From: an uncultured Candidatus Saccharibacteria bacterium
Lineage (GTDB): Bacteria > Patescibacteriota > Minisyncoccia > Phycocordibacterales > UBA9973
Assembly: GCA_964474435.1 (NCBI GenBank)
Contig: CAYYSI010000001.1
Span: 270,835 to 334,834 of the forward strand
DNA length: 64,000 nt
Direction: 5' to 3'
Part shown: in pieces, positions 40,907 to 49,272 of the stretch
How positions within the stretch are numbered: the stretch's first letter is position 1
How the letters are laid out: each line of letters starts with the position of its first letter
The notes under the pieces: generated by a model
Database searches by the model: none
The model's input: only the letters and a program-made list of their open reading frames with translations
What the model was told of the DNA's origin: nothing
Position numbers and translations under genes: made by a program

Positions 40907-40977
40907 GACCTGGTGGCCAAGTGGTAAGGCGGTTCTCTGCAAAAGAACTATACGCGAGTTCGATTCTCGCCCAGGTC
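40907..40977 (+). tRNA. tRNA-Cys (GCA)
   Basis: GACCTGG..anticodon loop CTGCAAA..T-arm GCGAG-TTCGATT-CTCGC..CCAGGTC with U73. Confidence 0.85.
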
Positions 40978-41007
40978 TCCCCACCGTTTAACAACACAAT
41001 ATATTTT

Positions 41008-41090
41008 GCCCGGGTGATGGAATGGTAGACATAGAGGACTTAAAATCCTCAGACAGAAATGTCGTGTGGGTTCGAGTCCCACCCCGGGCA
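41008..41090 (+). tRNA. tRNA-Leu (UAA)
   Basis: GCCCGGG..anticodon loop CTTAAAA..long variable arm..GTGGG-TTCGAGT-CCCAC-CCCGGGC-A. Confidence 0.85.
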
Positions 41091-41152
41091 CACCGAGATA
41101 ATGCTTGAAAGAGTCTGGTATATACGGTATTATTGGCACCAGTACCTAGCGT

Positions 41153-41234
41153 GCTGGAGTGGCGGAATTGGTATACGCGCTGGTCTTAGGAACCAGTGCC
41201 GCAAGGCTTAGGAGTTCAAGTCTCCTCTCCAGCA
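41153..41234 (+). tRNA. tRNA-Leu (UAG)
   Basis: GCTGGAG..anticodon stem CTGGT-CTTAGGA-ACCAG..variable arm..AGGAG-TTCAAGT-CTCCT-CTCCAGC-A. Confidence 0.8.
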
Positions 41235-41260
41235 CCCTGGGTATTCATTCAAAACTAATT

Positions 41261-41333
41261 GCCCCTATAGCTCAGTTGGTAGAGCAGCTCCCTCTTAAGG
41301 AGACGGTCGTAGGTTCGAATCCTACTGGGGGCA
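41261..41333 (+). tRNA. tRNA-Lys (CUU)
   Basis: GCCCCTA-TA-GCTC-AGTTGGTA-GAGC..anticodon loop CTCTTAA..GTAGG-TTCGAAT-CCTAC-TGGGGGC-A. Confidence 0.85.
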
Positions 41334-41344
41334 CACGACGAGAA

Positions 41345-41372
41345 ATATCCCACCTACGTGGGATATTTTCGT
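41345..41372 (+). terminator. Hairpin ATATCCCAC-CTA-GTGGGATAT + TTTCGT after the tRNA cluster
   Basis: A 9-bp stem followed by a T-run. Confidence 0.5.
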
Positions 41373-41515
41373 ACGTGTGCCGGCCGGAGCTATGCCTTTA
41401 GGCAAGCGAGGCGGGGTCGCGACATTTTCCGGAGGAAAATAGTTGTGACCACAGTACAAGAAAATACACCAAAAAAGCCCTCAAAATAGGACTTTTTTGC
41501 TGCGTTATACATATA

Positions 41516-41545
41516 TTGACAATTATATATTTATATGCTATTATA
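41516..41545 (+). promoter_or_regulatory. Strong sigma70-type promoter (TTGACA-N18-TATTAT) for the secreted-protein gene
   Basis: Read directly. It is near-identical to the promoter at 42096. Confidence 0.5.
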
Positions 41546-41569
41546 TATACAAATCAAAAAACTACAGTC

Positions 41570-42025
41570 ATGAAAAAAACATTGTTCCTTATCAGCTTTA
41601 TAGGTATTACTACTGCTTTATTTGCACAACGCGATTGGACTCCCTCTACCTGGCCTGGACAAGAGTTTGTGAAAAACGGCTTGCCCAACAACCCAAAACT
41701 TGGAGATCATGATGAAACAACCGGCTTTCTGTTTGAGAACCCTGTTTCAAAAGATAAAAATGGTGTTATCGACTTCCCTATGGCAATCGGCATAAACGTG
41801 ATCCAGCTTAACCTTTGGTTTTATGAATCAGGTGTATGGCGCCAAAAAAATGTACGCCTCCTCAATGCCCCAAAAGATGTTGATGGATGGCTCCGTGCAT
41901 GTGTCAACAGGAAAAGAATTGGCTCTGATGGCAACTATGATATCCCCGTACAACTAAACCTTTCTCGGGATATTGTTCAACAGCAAAATGGTGGATCAGC
42001 CCCAGATTATTACTGCATGTTCTAA
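41570..42025 (+). CDS. Hypothetical secreted protein (signal peptide MKKTLFLISFIGITTALFAQ)
   Basis: ORF with an N-terminal signal peptide, in an AT-rich accessory block. Confidence 0.45.
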   Translation: MKKTLFLISFIGITTALFAQRDWTPSTWPGQEFVKNGLPNNPKLGDHDETTGFLFENPVSKDKNGVIDFPMAIGINVIQLNLWFYESGVWRQKNVRLLNAPKDVDGWLRACVNRKRIGSDGNYDIPVQLNLSRDIVQQQNGGSAPDYYCMF

Positions 42026-42035
42026 GTAGCTAAAA

Positions 42036-42075
42036 AGCATTAAATCACAACGCCCTTTCGGTACAACGAAAGGGT
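42036..42075 (+). terminator. Rho-independent terminator (CCCTTTCG-loop-CGAAAGGG + T6)
   Basis: Seen directly in the sequence. Confidence 0.5.
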
Positions 42076-42095
42076 GTTTTTTATTGCCCAAATGA

Positions 42096-42125
42096 TTGAC
42101 ATTTATATGATTTAATGCTATAATA
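42096..42125 (+). promoter_or_regulatory. Strong sigma70-type promoter (TTGACA-N17-TATAAT), a paralog of the 41516 promoter
   Basis: TTGACAtttatatgatttaatgcTATAATacatacaaat versus TTGACAattatatatttatatgcTATTATatatacaaat. Confidence 0.5.
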
Positions 42126-42173
42126 CATACAAATAAAACGAAACAATTTCTTTAACAAAATAAATCTGAAATT

Positions 42174-43274
42174 ATGACAAGTTTAATCTTTCTTATTTTT
42201 GGGCTAAGCCTATTAATATGGATATTGATCGGTTATTCAAAAAGCCGGCGCCTCAACTTAAAATTAGCAGAATATTTCTGCATCGGAATTGGTGATCGTA
42301 TTCTCATTATCATTGATGGAGACCATGTCCCATGGATATTTAGTGTAGTACCAATACCTCCTGGTTTTAAACATATTTGGCCAAAATTAAAATGGTGGGA
42401 ATGGGTTGACGGAAAAGGTAAAATGAACGAAAAAATCATTAACCATCAAACCGGTAAGGAAGAGGCAAAGTATAAAGAAATCAAAACCTTTCCTAGTGCG
42501 CCCGATGGGTTCATGGGGCAACGAGAAGAATTTGTTCCATCTATTCGGAAGTTTGAACCAACTGGATATAATATCGAGGTTCGTACACTCGATGGATATT
42601 TGGTAAACATTATTCTTCCCCTTGTATACTGTGTCTTTGATCCTTACAAAGTTGTTCGTTATGCGTTATTCAAAATGGTTGGCGAACTCGAAGCCAATAA
42701 TGCAATTCGTACATGGGCAGCCGTTAAAACCGTACAGGAAATCCAGAAAACAAATATCAATGAAGTCTCTGCGATATCTGTAAAAAATCCTGATACCACT
42801 AAGCCGGATATGGATTTAGAAACGTACCTTGATGAAGTTCACTTCAAAAAGCTCGGTTTCGAAATCGACAAAAAAGGACTGGTTATTATCTTGAGCGCTG
42901 AAGCAAAAGAATTCTTTGATTTGGTTAATAAAAATAAAGTTATCCAACAAGAAGGAGAAAATGCTAAGGCAAAATTAGTAGCTCGAACAGAAGAACTGAA
43001 AGTTGAGCTCGCAGAGGAGACACAGGAAACCAATCTATTTGAAGCAAGAATTACTGCTGTTGGAAAAGGTTTTGAAGAAATTGTTGATAAGATTTACAAG
43101 GGAAAAGCTCTTGTTGCCGCTCAACATCCATGGACATTAGTCGAAGTAAAACACGAAGAAGATGAAATTGGAGAAAAACTTGTAGAAGGTTTTCTTTCTA
43201 AAATTCCTAGCGTTGAATCAACCATATTCAAGAAAAAAAACAAAAAGGAGGCTCCGGATGAAGAAACTGCGTAA
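42174..43274 (+). CDS. SPFH/band-7 (flotillin/stomatin-like) membrane protein with a C-terminal coiled coil
   Basis: N-terminal TM helix. The SPFH-like core is EVRTLDGYLVNIILPLVYCVFDPYKVVRYALFKMVGELEANNAIRTWAAVKTVQEIQKTNINEV. It is followed by a Glu/Lys-rich coiled coil. Confidence 0.5.
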   Translation: MTSLIFLIFGLSLLIWILIGYSKSRRLNLKLAEYFCIGIGDRILIIIDGDHVPWIFSVVPIPPGFKHIWPKLKWWEWVDGKGKMNEKIINHQTGKEEAKYKEIKTFPSAPDGFMGQREEFVPSIRKFEPTGYNIEVRTLDGYLVNIILPLVYCVFDPYKVVRYALFKMVGELEANNAIRTWAAVKTVQEIQKTNINEVSAISVKNPDTTKPDMDLETYLDEVHFKKLGFEIDKKGLVIILSAEAKEFFDLVNKNKVIQQEGENAKAKLVARTEELKVELAEETQETNLFEARITAVGKGFEEIVDKIYKGKALVAAQHPWTLVEVKHEEDEIGEKLVEGFLSKIPSVESTIFKKKNKKEAPDEETA

Positions 43275-44205
43275 TTTCAAAAAAGAGTTTTTAATTCAAC
43301 TCTCCAAAGCAAAGCTAGAATGCGATGCAGCCTGGAAGAAAATTAAAAAGATTTCTACACCTTACATTGTGTCTACAAAGGCATGGTATAAAAAACAGAA
43401 CAAGTTTTTGCTCTTACTTTCTGGATTATTTATCACTGCGATAGTGCTTACTTTTGTAGGTATTCGTGGAGTTTATACTGATGTATCAAGTAAAGTTGTA
43501 GATATTTCTTCTGAAAATGAAGAAGAGTCTACAATATTCAACGACGTCATTTTTATCCTTAAAAATCCACGATTCTGGGCAGTACTTATTGTCATCATCG
43601 GTGCATTACTTCTAATGCGATGGGTGTGGCGTAAAAAGGCAACACCAGTAGTAGTTACTTCACCTGAAAAAACAGATGAGGAGAAAAAGGCAGACAAGAA
43701 AAAAGAAGCCTTAAAGCCTATCACTCCAAAATCCTTCTCGTGGCGTATTAAAAATTTCGCTTCGATAGTGTTTATCTGTGCTCTTGCTCTAGGAGGAATC
43801 TTTTGGGCAAATAGCATGGGCATCAATCTCAAGCGAGACTTTAGTTACCACGGACCCGATCCCTATGCACAACGTCCTAAAGTAGAGGCTGCACCAGGTA
43901 TCACCTATAGTAACAATTTACCGTTACAAAAAGGCGTTCCGTTCACAGTGTACTGGAAGAATTCAGCAGGATCATTTGCTCCTGTATTATACGGGACAAT
44001 AACCATTCGGTTTATCAAAGAACATGATCCCACAGATAACTTTGATTTGCGTATCACTCGTACTCCGTACGAATTGCGCACTGAATGGGCTATCAGCGAA
44101 GGAGACCATGAGAATGGTAACTATACAGCTACGCTTTTAAGCGAAAGCACAACTGTAGAATACCGGGAGCAACAAACCGTACCATTGTTACACTTTGCAC
44201 AATAA
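43258..44205 (+). CDS. Hypothetical multi-TM membrane protein with a C-terminal beta-rich domain (possible NfeD-like partner of the SPFH protein)
   Basis: It overlaps the end of the SPFH gene. It has three hydrophobic helices, then a beta-rich C-terminal domain. The NfeD assignment is an inference from its operon context. Confidence 0.35.
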   Translation: MKKLRNFKKEFLIQLSKAKLECDAAWKKIKKISTPYIVSTKAWYKKQNKFLLLLSGLFITAIVLTFVGIRGVYTDVSSKVVDISSENEEESTIFNDVIFILKNPRFWAVLIVIIGALLLMRWVWRKKATPVVVTSPEKTDEEKKADKKKEALKPITPKSFSWRIKNFASIVFICALALGGIFWANSMGINLKRDFSYHGPDPYAQRPKVEAAPGITYSNNLPLQKGVPFTVYWKNSAGSFAPVLYGTITIRFIKEHDPTDNFDLRITRTPYELRTEWAISEGDHENGNYTATLLSESTTVEYREQQTVPLLHFAQ

Positions 44206-44258
44206 TCAAATAGCGACAAACACAAAGCCAGATCATGATGATCTGGCTTTTTATGTTC

Positions 44259-44594
44259 TTAGTTGGGATATTTGAGTTGTTGGATCGGGGGTGGAGTAAA
44301 TGTTTGTTGTTCGGTAGTGATCGTTGCACCCTGGATACCAAAGGTACGGGTGAGTATAGTGATAATCCCAAAGACCCCAAACATAATCACAAATCCGACG
44401 ACACCCCACAGCATATGCTCTCTCCCCTTTTTGCGGTCTTCTTGGTTGTTGGCACCACGGATGTATTGCATCACACCCCAGAGAAAGACCACGAGCGCAA
44501 TAATAAATGCAAACTCGATAACAGGATTGATGACCTTGGCATTCAGTTTGAACAGCAAATCATCGACAGAGTCAGCGTATGCGATCCACGTCAT
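44259..44594 (-). CDS. Pilin-like paralog 1 (two-helix VirB2/TrbC-like domain; 111 aa)
   Basis: FAFIIALVVFLWGVMQYIRGANNQEDRKKGREHMLWGVVGFVIMFGVFGIITIL is helix, then a charged loop, then helix. It is shared with the four upstream paralogs. Confidence 0.5.
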   Translation of the reverse strand: MTWIAYADSVDDLLFKLNAKVINPVIEFAFIIALVVFLWGVMQYIRGANNQEDRKKGREHMLWGVVGFVIMFGVFGIITILTRTFGIQGATITTEQQTFTPPPIQQLKYPN

Positions 44595-44597
44595 AGA

Positions 44598-44975
44598 TTA
44601 GTAACAGACGCTACCGTGAGCAACTGTACCTGGAGGACAAGTCAAATCATACTGTGGAGCTTCATTTGTACCCAAGACATTACCAGCGATACGGATGATA
44701 CCCCAAACTGATACAGCAACAAAGAGACCGATGAGGCCGTTGAGCATGACCTTGCGCTTGTCTGCAAGCTTACCTGGATCCTTTTCTGCGATGTATCGGA
44801 ATACGCCGATGAGGAACCAAAGTGTCATGAGTGCCATGATCACTGTGATCGCGGTGACCAACCAACTTTGTCCGCTACTGATGACTTGGTTAACATAGGT
44901 TGGTCGAAAGTTTTGTGCAAGTGCCAATGTTGGGATAAATGCACTACCGAACGAAATGAGAGCTATTTTTTTCAT
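44598..44975 (-). CDS. Pilin-like paralog 2 (signal peptide + conserved two-helix C-domain + Cys-containing tail)
   Basis: ITVIMALMTLWFLIGVFRYIAEKDPGKLADKRKVMLNGLIGLFVAVSVWGIIRIAG. Confidence 0.5.
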   Translation of the reverse strand: MKKIALISFGSAFIPTLALAQNFRPTYVNQVISSGQSWLVTAITVIMALMTLWFLIGVFRYIAEKDPGKLADKRKVMLNGLIGLFVAVSVWGIIRIAGNVLGTNEAPQYDLTCPPGTVAHGSVCY

Positions 44976-45054
44976 GTTATAAAAATTATATTAATAACCT
45001 GGTAATTATGCTAAACAGGTATCCAAAGTATAGCATATATCACGAGAGCTTTGG

Positions 45055-45843
45055 CTACTTTTTGAGATAGGTGGTTTGAAGCAGTGGTACTGCAGAGCCC
45101 GTACCGAGCGTTGTACTCACAATATTGATGATGCCCCAGAGACTCGTCATCACAAAGAGACCGATGAGACCCGCTACGATGAACTTCTTGCCCTCTTCTT
45201 TCTTGGCGGAGTCTGATGCAGCAATAAACTTGAACACTCCCCAGAGGAAGAACATAAGCGCAAGTGCAAAGATAATCGGGATGATTGCAACAAGGATAAT
45301 ACACTTGACCCAAATCAGGATATCGAGGAGTGAGAGGAACTTGATCGCACTACAGCGCGCAAGCTCGGCTGAGCTTGACTGGGGCGCGGACCCAATGGCG
45401 GTGTTTTGACTACTATCGGTGCCGTTATATATAGTCGTCGCTGGTACCCCGCTACCGAGCGTCCCAGGGGTGTAGTATCCATGATCATATGCATCACATT
45501 TGACCTTGTTTTGTGCGTAGTAGGTGATGCAACACTCTGTATGGTTGAATCCTTGAATATCGTTACACTGCCCTGCTGAGTTTGTCGTGGTTGGAGGAGT
45601 AAGGTCTCCGCCGCCATTTTGATAAAGCGAGCATGCAGCCGCATTAGCATTTTGAGACCCAACACCGCAGCAACCAGGATAATTGCTTGCAGTAACTGGA
45701 GAACACGATGTACCTGTATCTACTACCGTTTCTGGCGCATTATCCCCTCCTCTATTTACTGACTGCTTGCTTTCAGCAAACACCATAGTGCTCACACCTA
45801 TAGAGAGAGTCAGGAGAAATAGTATTGAGAAAATCTTTTTCAT
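45055..45843 (-). CDS. Pilin-like paralog 3 (signal peptide, Cys-rich variable N-domain, conserved two-helix C-domain)
   Basis: IIFALALMFFLWGVFKFIAASDSAKKEEGKKFIVAGLIGLFVMTSLWGIINIV. Confidence 0.5.
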   Translation of the reverse strand: MKKIFSILFLLTLSIGVSTMVFAESKQSVNRGGDNAPETVVDTGTSCSPVTASNYPGCCGVGSQNANAAACSLYQNGGGDLTPPTTTNSAGQCNDIQGFNHTECCITYYAQNKVKCDAYDHGYYTPGTLGSGVPATTIYNGTDSSQNTAIGSAPQSSSAELARCSAIKFLSLLDILIWVKCIILVAIIPIIFALALMFFLWGVFKFIAASDSAKKEEGKKFIVAGLIGLFVMTSLWGIINIVSTTLGTGSAVPLLQTTYLKK

Positions 45844-45846
45844 AGA

Positions 45847-46632
45847 CTAGTTTGTGATAGAGTTAACGGTTCCAATAATAGCATTGGTGATGGTCCAGGC
45901 CCCAAGGATAAGGAGTGTGCCGATGATCGTATACCAAAACATCTGCTTGGCCTCCTTGATCTTTTCTGGTTTTCCTTGTGCAAGAATGAACTTGAGTCCT
46001 GCCCAAAGAAAAAATATGACAATAAACGGGATCGCGATCTTGAGCAGTGTGTCGACGAAAAACTTCACCGCATCCTGGATAGTGTTTACCTTGAGAGGGT
46101 TTTGAAGTCTGACATCGAGCTGAAATCCGCTTGCTTGACCAGAATTGTTGGTCGTAGAGTTAGGATTTTGCTGGGCGGTAAAGACTCCTCCGCCTGTTGT
46201 CTGTGTGCCGGTCGTAGTTGTGGTCGTTGTAGGAGGGTTTTGTGTTGTTGTCGTAGTACCCTTGGTCGTAAAGCTGGTAGTGCCTTCATATTCCTTTGTT
46301 GTCGTAGCATCTTTGGCAGAGATGCGCACAGTATAGGTAGTACCAGGCGTAAGGTTATCTGCATCACAGGGAGCAGATACTATTCCTGACGGAAAATCAA
46401 CGCCGTTACAAAAACTCACCGTGCTCCCACCGTTTTTCAAAATAAAGATGTCTCCTTTTATTGGCACAGGTACAATTGAAGTTGCAACAATGCGCGCAGT
46501 TGTTGTTTGAGGAGTGACAGTGATCGGTTTAAAGGAGTTTGGTTGTACTTGCGCCCCTACCGTACTAAACAGAAAAAGAGAAAGGATCAGTACTGCAGCA
46601 AAAGTGTATTGGAAACGCAATTTCATAGTCAT
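45847..46632 (-). CDS. Pilin-like paralog 4 (signal peptide, Ig/FN3-like and poly-Thr variable region, conserved two-helix C-domain)
   Basis: IPFIVIFFLWAGLKFILAQGKPEKIKEAKQMFWYTIIGTLLILGAWTITNAI. There is a TTTTTQNPPTTTTTTTGTQTTGGG low-complexity linker. Confidence 0.5.
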   Translation of the reverse strand: MTMKLRFQYTFAAVLILSLFLFSTVGAQVQPNSFKPITVTPQTTTARIVATSIVPVPIKGDIFILKNGGSTVSFCNGVDFPSGIVSAPCDADNLTPGTTYTVRISAKDATTTKEYEGTTSFTTKGTTTTTQNPPTTTTTTTGTQTTGGGVFTAQQNPNSTTNNSGQASGFQLDVRLQNPLKVNTIQDAVKFFVDTLLKIAIPFIVIFFLWAGLKFILAQGKPEKIKEAKQMFWYTIIGTLLILGAWTITNAIIGTVNSITN

Positions 46633-46641
46633 AGTATAGCG

Positions 46642-47277
46642 CTACTCTCCGAGAAACTCTACTCCACTCTTTTTAAAGTCATCATTAAGGAGTGCGTTCA
46701 TGATAGTCCGCACGATGAGCCATGAGCATAAGATAATAATAATACCGAGGACGACATTACCAATTATTTTTTTCAAGTTCGCAATCTTGCTTGGATTACC
46801 TTCGGCAGTAATATATTTGAATCCTGCATACATGAGGATTGTGATAAATATTGGTATAAGGAGCGTTGTTATAAAAAACGTCAACAAGTTGTTAAGGAGT
46901 CGGAATACATCGGTAAAGGTGCACTTGTCCGTACATGGAATGATCGTACTCACCACATCATCACCTTTTTCGGTTGTTGCATTTGGTGAAAAGCAGCTTG
47001 GATCAGGCTCCATATCAATGACCCCATCACCTTTGCCTGTATTGGGATCAATCGTATCAACACCATAATGGTCAGCTTTGTGGTCGCCATTGCCAATGCC
47101 ATATCCATAATTTTTGCCGTCGCCAACCTGATTGTCTTTGCCATCATCACACTCTGTTGCGGCGAGTTGTGTTGTAGCAGGGATTATAGCGGTAGGATTT
47201 ACTTGTGCATCACTGATCATGGGTACAAAAAGTATCATCAGGAGTGAGGCGACAATAATGTGTTTCTTTGTATGCAT
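46642..47277 (-). CDS. Pilin-like paralog 5 (signal peptide, Asp/Gly-rich variable region, conserved two-helix C-domain)
   Basis: IPIFITILMYAGFKYITAEGNPSKIANLKKIIGNVVLGIIIILCSWLIV. Confidence 0.5.
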   Translation of the reverse strand: MHTKKHIIVASLLMILFVPMISDAQVNPTAIIPATTQLAATECDDGKDNQVGDGKNYGYGIGNGDHKADHYGVDTIDPNTGKGDGVIDMEPDPSCFSPNATTEKGDDVVSTIIPCTDKCTFTDVFRLLNNLLTFFITTLLIPIFITILMYAGFKYITAEGNPSKIANLKKIIGNVVLGIIIILCSWLIVRTIMNALLNDDFKKSGVEFLGE

Positions 47278-47284
47278 AGTATTA

Positions 47285-48595
47285 TTATCGAGTGATTGAT
47301 TGGAGATCGCGAGTAGTGTCATATATTGCAGTCGTAGCTTCACTTTTACCACTCGTTACTGCCGTAATCATATCACGAAATAGTGACTCACTCTTTGCCG
47401 GATTTGGGTTAGGCCATGCAAATGCCGAGAGGGCTGCTTTGAAAAATACTGAAACATAGGGATTGTTTTGTTGAACCAACAGCAAATCTCGGCGAACTGG
47501 TGGGAGCGAGAGGGACTTTGATAGTCCGTCGATACTTGGACTGCTTGCGATATATGTTGCAGCTGCATATGCGGCAACTGGGTTCGGCGCAGCCTTTAAC
47601 ATACCCACACCGATAAACGAGCCGAATGTTACTGGTCGAGCAGCAGGATCTGTCTGGAATACTTCTGCAACATCAAAGTTGAGGTTTGGATTTCGTGACT
47701 GGATCGTAAAGAGTTCACTCGCACGTCCTATATAAAACGCTGATTTGCCTGACAAAAATTGCTCTATACTCATCGGCAGCGCATTGTTCCATGAATAGTT
47801 TACATTGGTTGGATTTGAAAAACTTGTGAAGTACTCGAGTGCTTGGGCCGTTGGTGGCACTGAGCTTCCTGCTGGAGCATTGCCGAGCATCACTTGATTG
47901 GTATTACTTGCCCCATCATATCCAATGATACTGTTCCCTGTCTGCATAAAGAGTGTCGAGAGAATATCGGTAACATTGTTTACATTTGCCGCAGTACCAA
48001 GGGCGACAGCTGATTGAGTGATGTTGTTTCGTGCATCCCGCTTTGTCAAAATGGGGACTGATTGCTGGAGATTGCTCCATGTCTTTGGTGGAATAACAAA
48101 GCTTGCTTGTGCAAGAATATCCTTGTTGTAATAGACGACAATAGGGTCAACCACGAGCGGCAGTCCTACAATACCTTCCTTGGTCAAAAATATTTGAGAT
48201 CCATCAATGTTCGCGTCACGATAGTCACGCTCACTGTATGCTGCATAGGGTATCACGTAGAGCTTATCTTTAAATTGTGAGAAAATTTCTGAAGAAAAAA
48301 TGACGAGATCAGGGGGGGTTCCGTCTGCGAGAGCAACAATGAGCTCTTGTGGCATCGTATTGGGATCGTGCTCTGAATACGTGATCGTATATCCATTGCC
48401 TCCTATGTTAAAAGTATCTAGATAGCCTTGCATGAGACTCTGTGGAATAACACCCCATACAACGACGGTGCCTTGAGGAGTAGTTGTTGCTGCTTTTTTG
48501 GTGCCGAATGAAATAAGTCCTGAGAACACAAGTACGGCCCCAGCAAATACTACAACAAAAATAATGACGAGAATTGTTTGAAATGATGATTTCAT
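47285..48595 (-). CDS. Extracellular solute-binding-protein family-1 (MalE-like) homolog with an N-terminal TM anchor; orphan (no ABC permease or ATPase adjacent)
   Basis: GTVVVWGVIP, TPPDLVIFSSE and GLPLVVDPIVVYYNKDILAQA..IPPKTWSNL parallel the MalE blocks (ITVW.., GPDIIFWAHD, ALPIAVEALSLIYNKDL..PPKTWEE). Confidence 0.5.
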   Translation of the reverse strand: MKSSFQTILVIIFVVVFAGAVLVFSGLISFGTKKAATTTPQGTVVVWGVIPQSLMQGYLDTFNIGGNGYTITYSEHDPNTMPQELIVALADGTPPDLVIFSSEIFSQFKDKLYVIPYAAYSERDYRDANIDGSQIFLTKEGIVGLPLVVDPIVVYYNKDILAQASFVIPPKTWSNLQQSVPILTKRDARNNITQSAVALGTAANVNNVTDILSTLFMQTGNSIIGYDGASNTNQVMLGNAPAGSSVPPTAQALEYFTSFSNPTNVNYSWNNALPMSIEQFLSGKSAFYIGRASELFTIQSRNPNLNFDVAEVFQTDPAARPVTFGSFIGVGMLKAAPNPVAAYAAATYIASSPSIDGLSKSLSLPPVRRDLLLVQQNNPYVSVFFKAALSAFAWPNPNPAKSESLFRDMITAVTSGKSEATTAIYDTTRDLQSITR

Positions 48596-48598
48596 ACG

Positions 48599-49120
48599 TT
48601 ATGGTTTCCTAAAAAGTATAGCATAGTGATGCTCCCCTGCTTCGAGTTTGTCAGTCATGACAGTCAGTCCCATCTTTGCACACAATGCTTCGGCCTGCTC
48701 CTTGCGAAAGACTGACTCAGGTCGAGGCCCCATACCACCGAATGATTCACTCCAATCGACGACCAACATGCGACCGCCCGGCTTTAACACCCGAAGCGCT
48801 TCGTGCATACAGCCTTCTTTGTCCTCAAGTTGAAACAAAATGTTGGACATAATGACAAAGTCCATACTTGCGTCCCCAAGTTTTGATCCCCCATTGATTT
48901 CGATATCTCCCCAGAGTGGATGGAGGTTGCCAATATGCATTTCAGTTGCTTCACGTGTGAGTCGCGCAACAATGTCGCGATGAATTTCTATTGCAAAGAC
49001 ATTGCCTTGTGGCACGAGTGCCGCCGCCGCACGAGAAAGGAATCCTGATCCCGCACCAAAATCAGCAACACTGTCAGTTGATTGTAGATTGCATACGGCG
49101 AGCATCGCGGATGGCTCCAT
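48599..49120 (-). CDS. Class I SAM-dependent methyltransferase (small)
   Basis: Motif I VADFGAGSGFLS and post-I acidic IEI. It is the first gene of the minus-strand operon ahead of the SBP-like and pilin-like genes. Confidence 0.6.
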   Translation of the reverse strand: MEPSAMLAVCNLQSTDSVADFGAGSGFLSRAAAALVPQGNVFAIEIHRDIVARLTREATEMHIGNLHPLWGDIEINGGSKLGDASMDFVIMSNILFQLEDKEGCMHEALRVLKPGGRMLVVDWSESFGGMGPRPESVFRKEQAEALCAKMGLTVMTDKLEAGEHHYAILFRKP

Positions 49121-49150
49121 GAACATGCAATTAGTATAGCAAGTTCTCTC

Positions 49151-49255
49151 GCAAAAACTATTACATTCAATATAAAATAAACGCAGCACATCTCGAGTAC
49201 GCGCTCATCGTGTACTCGGAATGCAAGCTTTTATATTGAATGTAATAGTTTTTGC
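49151..49255. repeat. Long palindrome A: perfect 27-bp inverted arms (GCAAAAACTATTACATTCAATATAAAA) around a 51-bp spacer that has its own 7-bp inverted repeat (CGAGTAC/GTACTCG)
   Basis: Left arm 49151-49177 is the exact reverse complement of 49229-49255. Confidence 0.85.
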
Positions 49256-49272
49256 TCGCTTAAATAAAGAAA

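Noticed and set aside
41159-41401. 80-aa ORF on the + strand spanning the tRNA-Leu(UAG)/tRNA-Lys region
   Set aside because: It is entirely overlapped by two well-formed tRNA genes and a terminator, so it is a spurious ORF.
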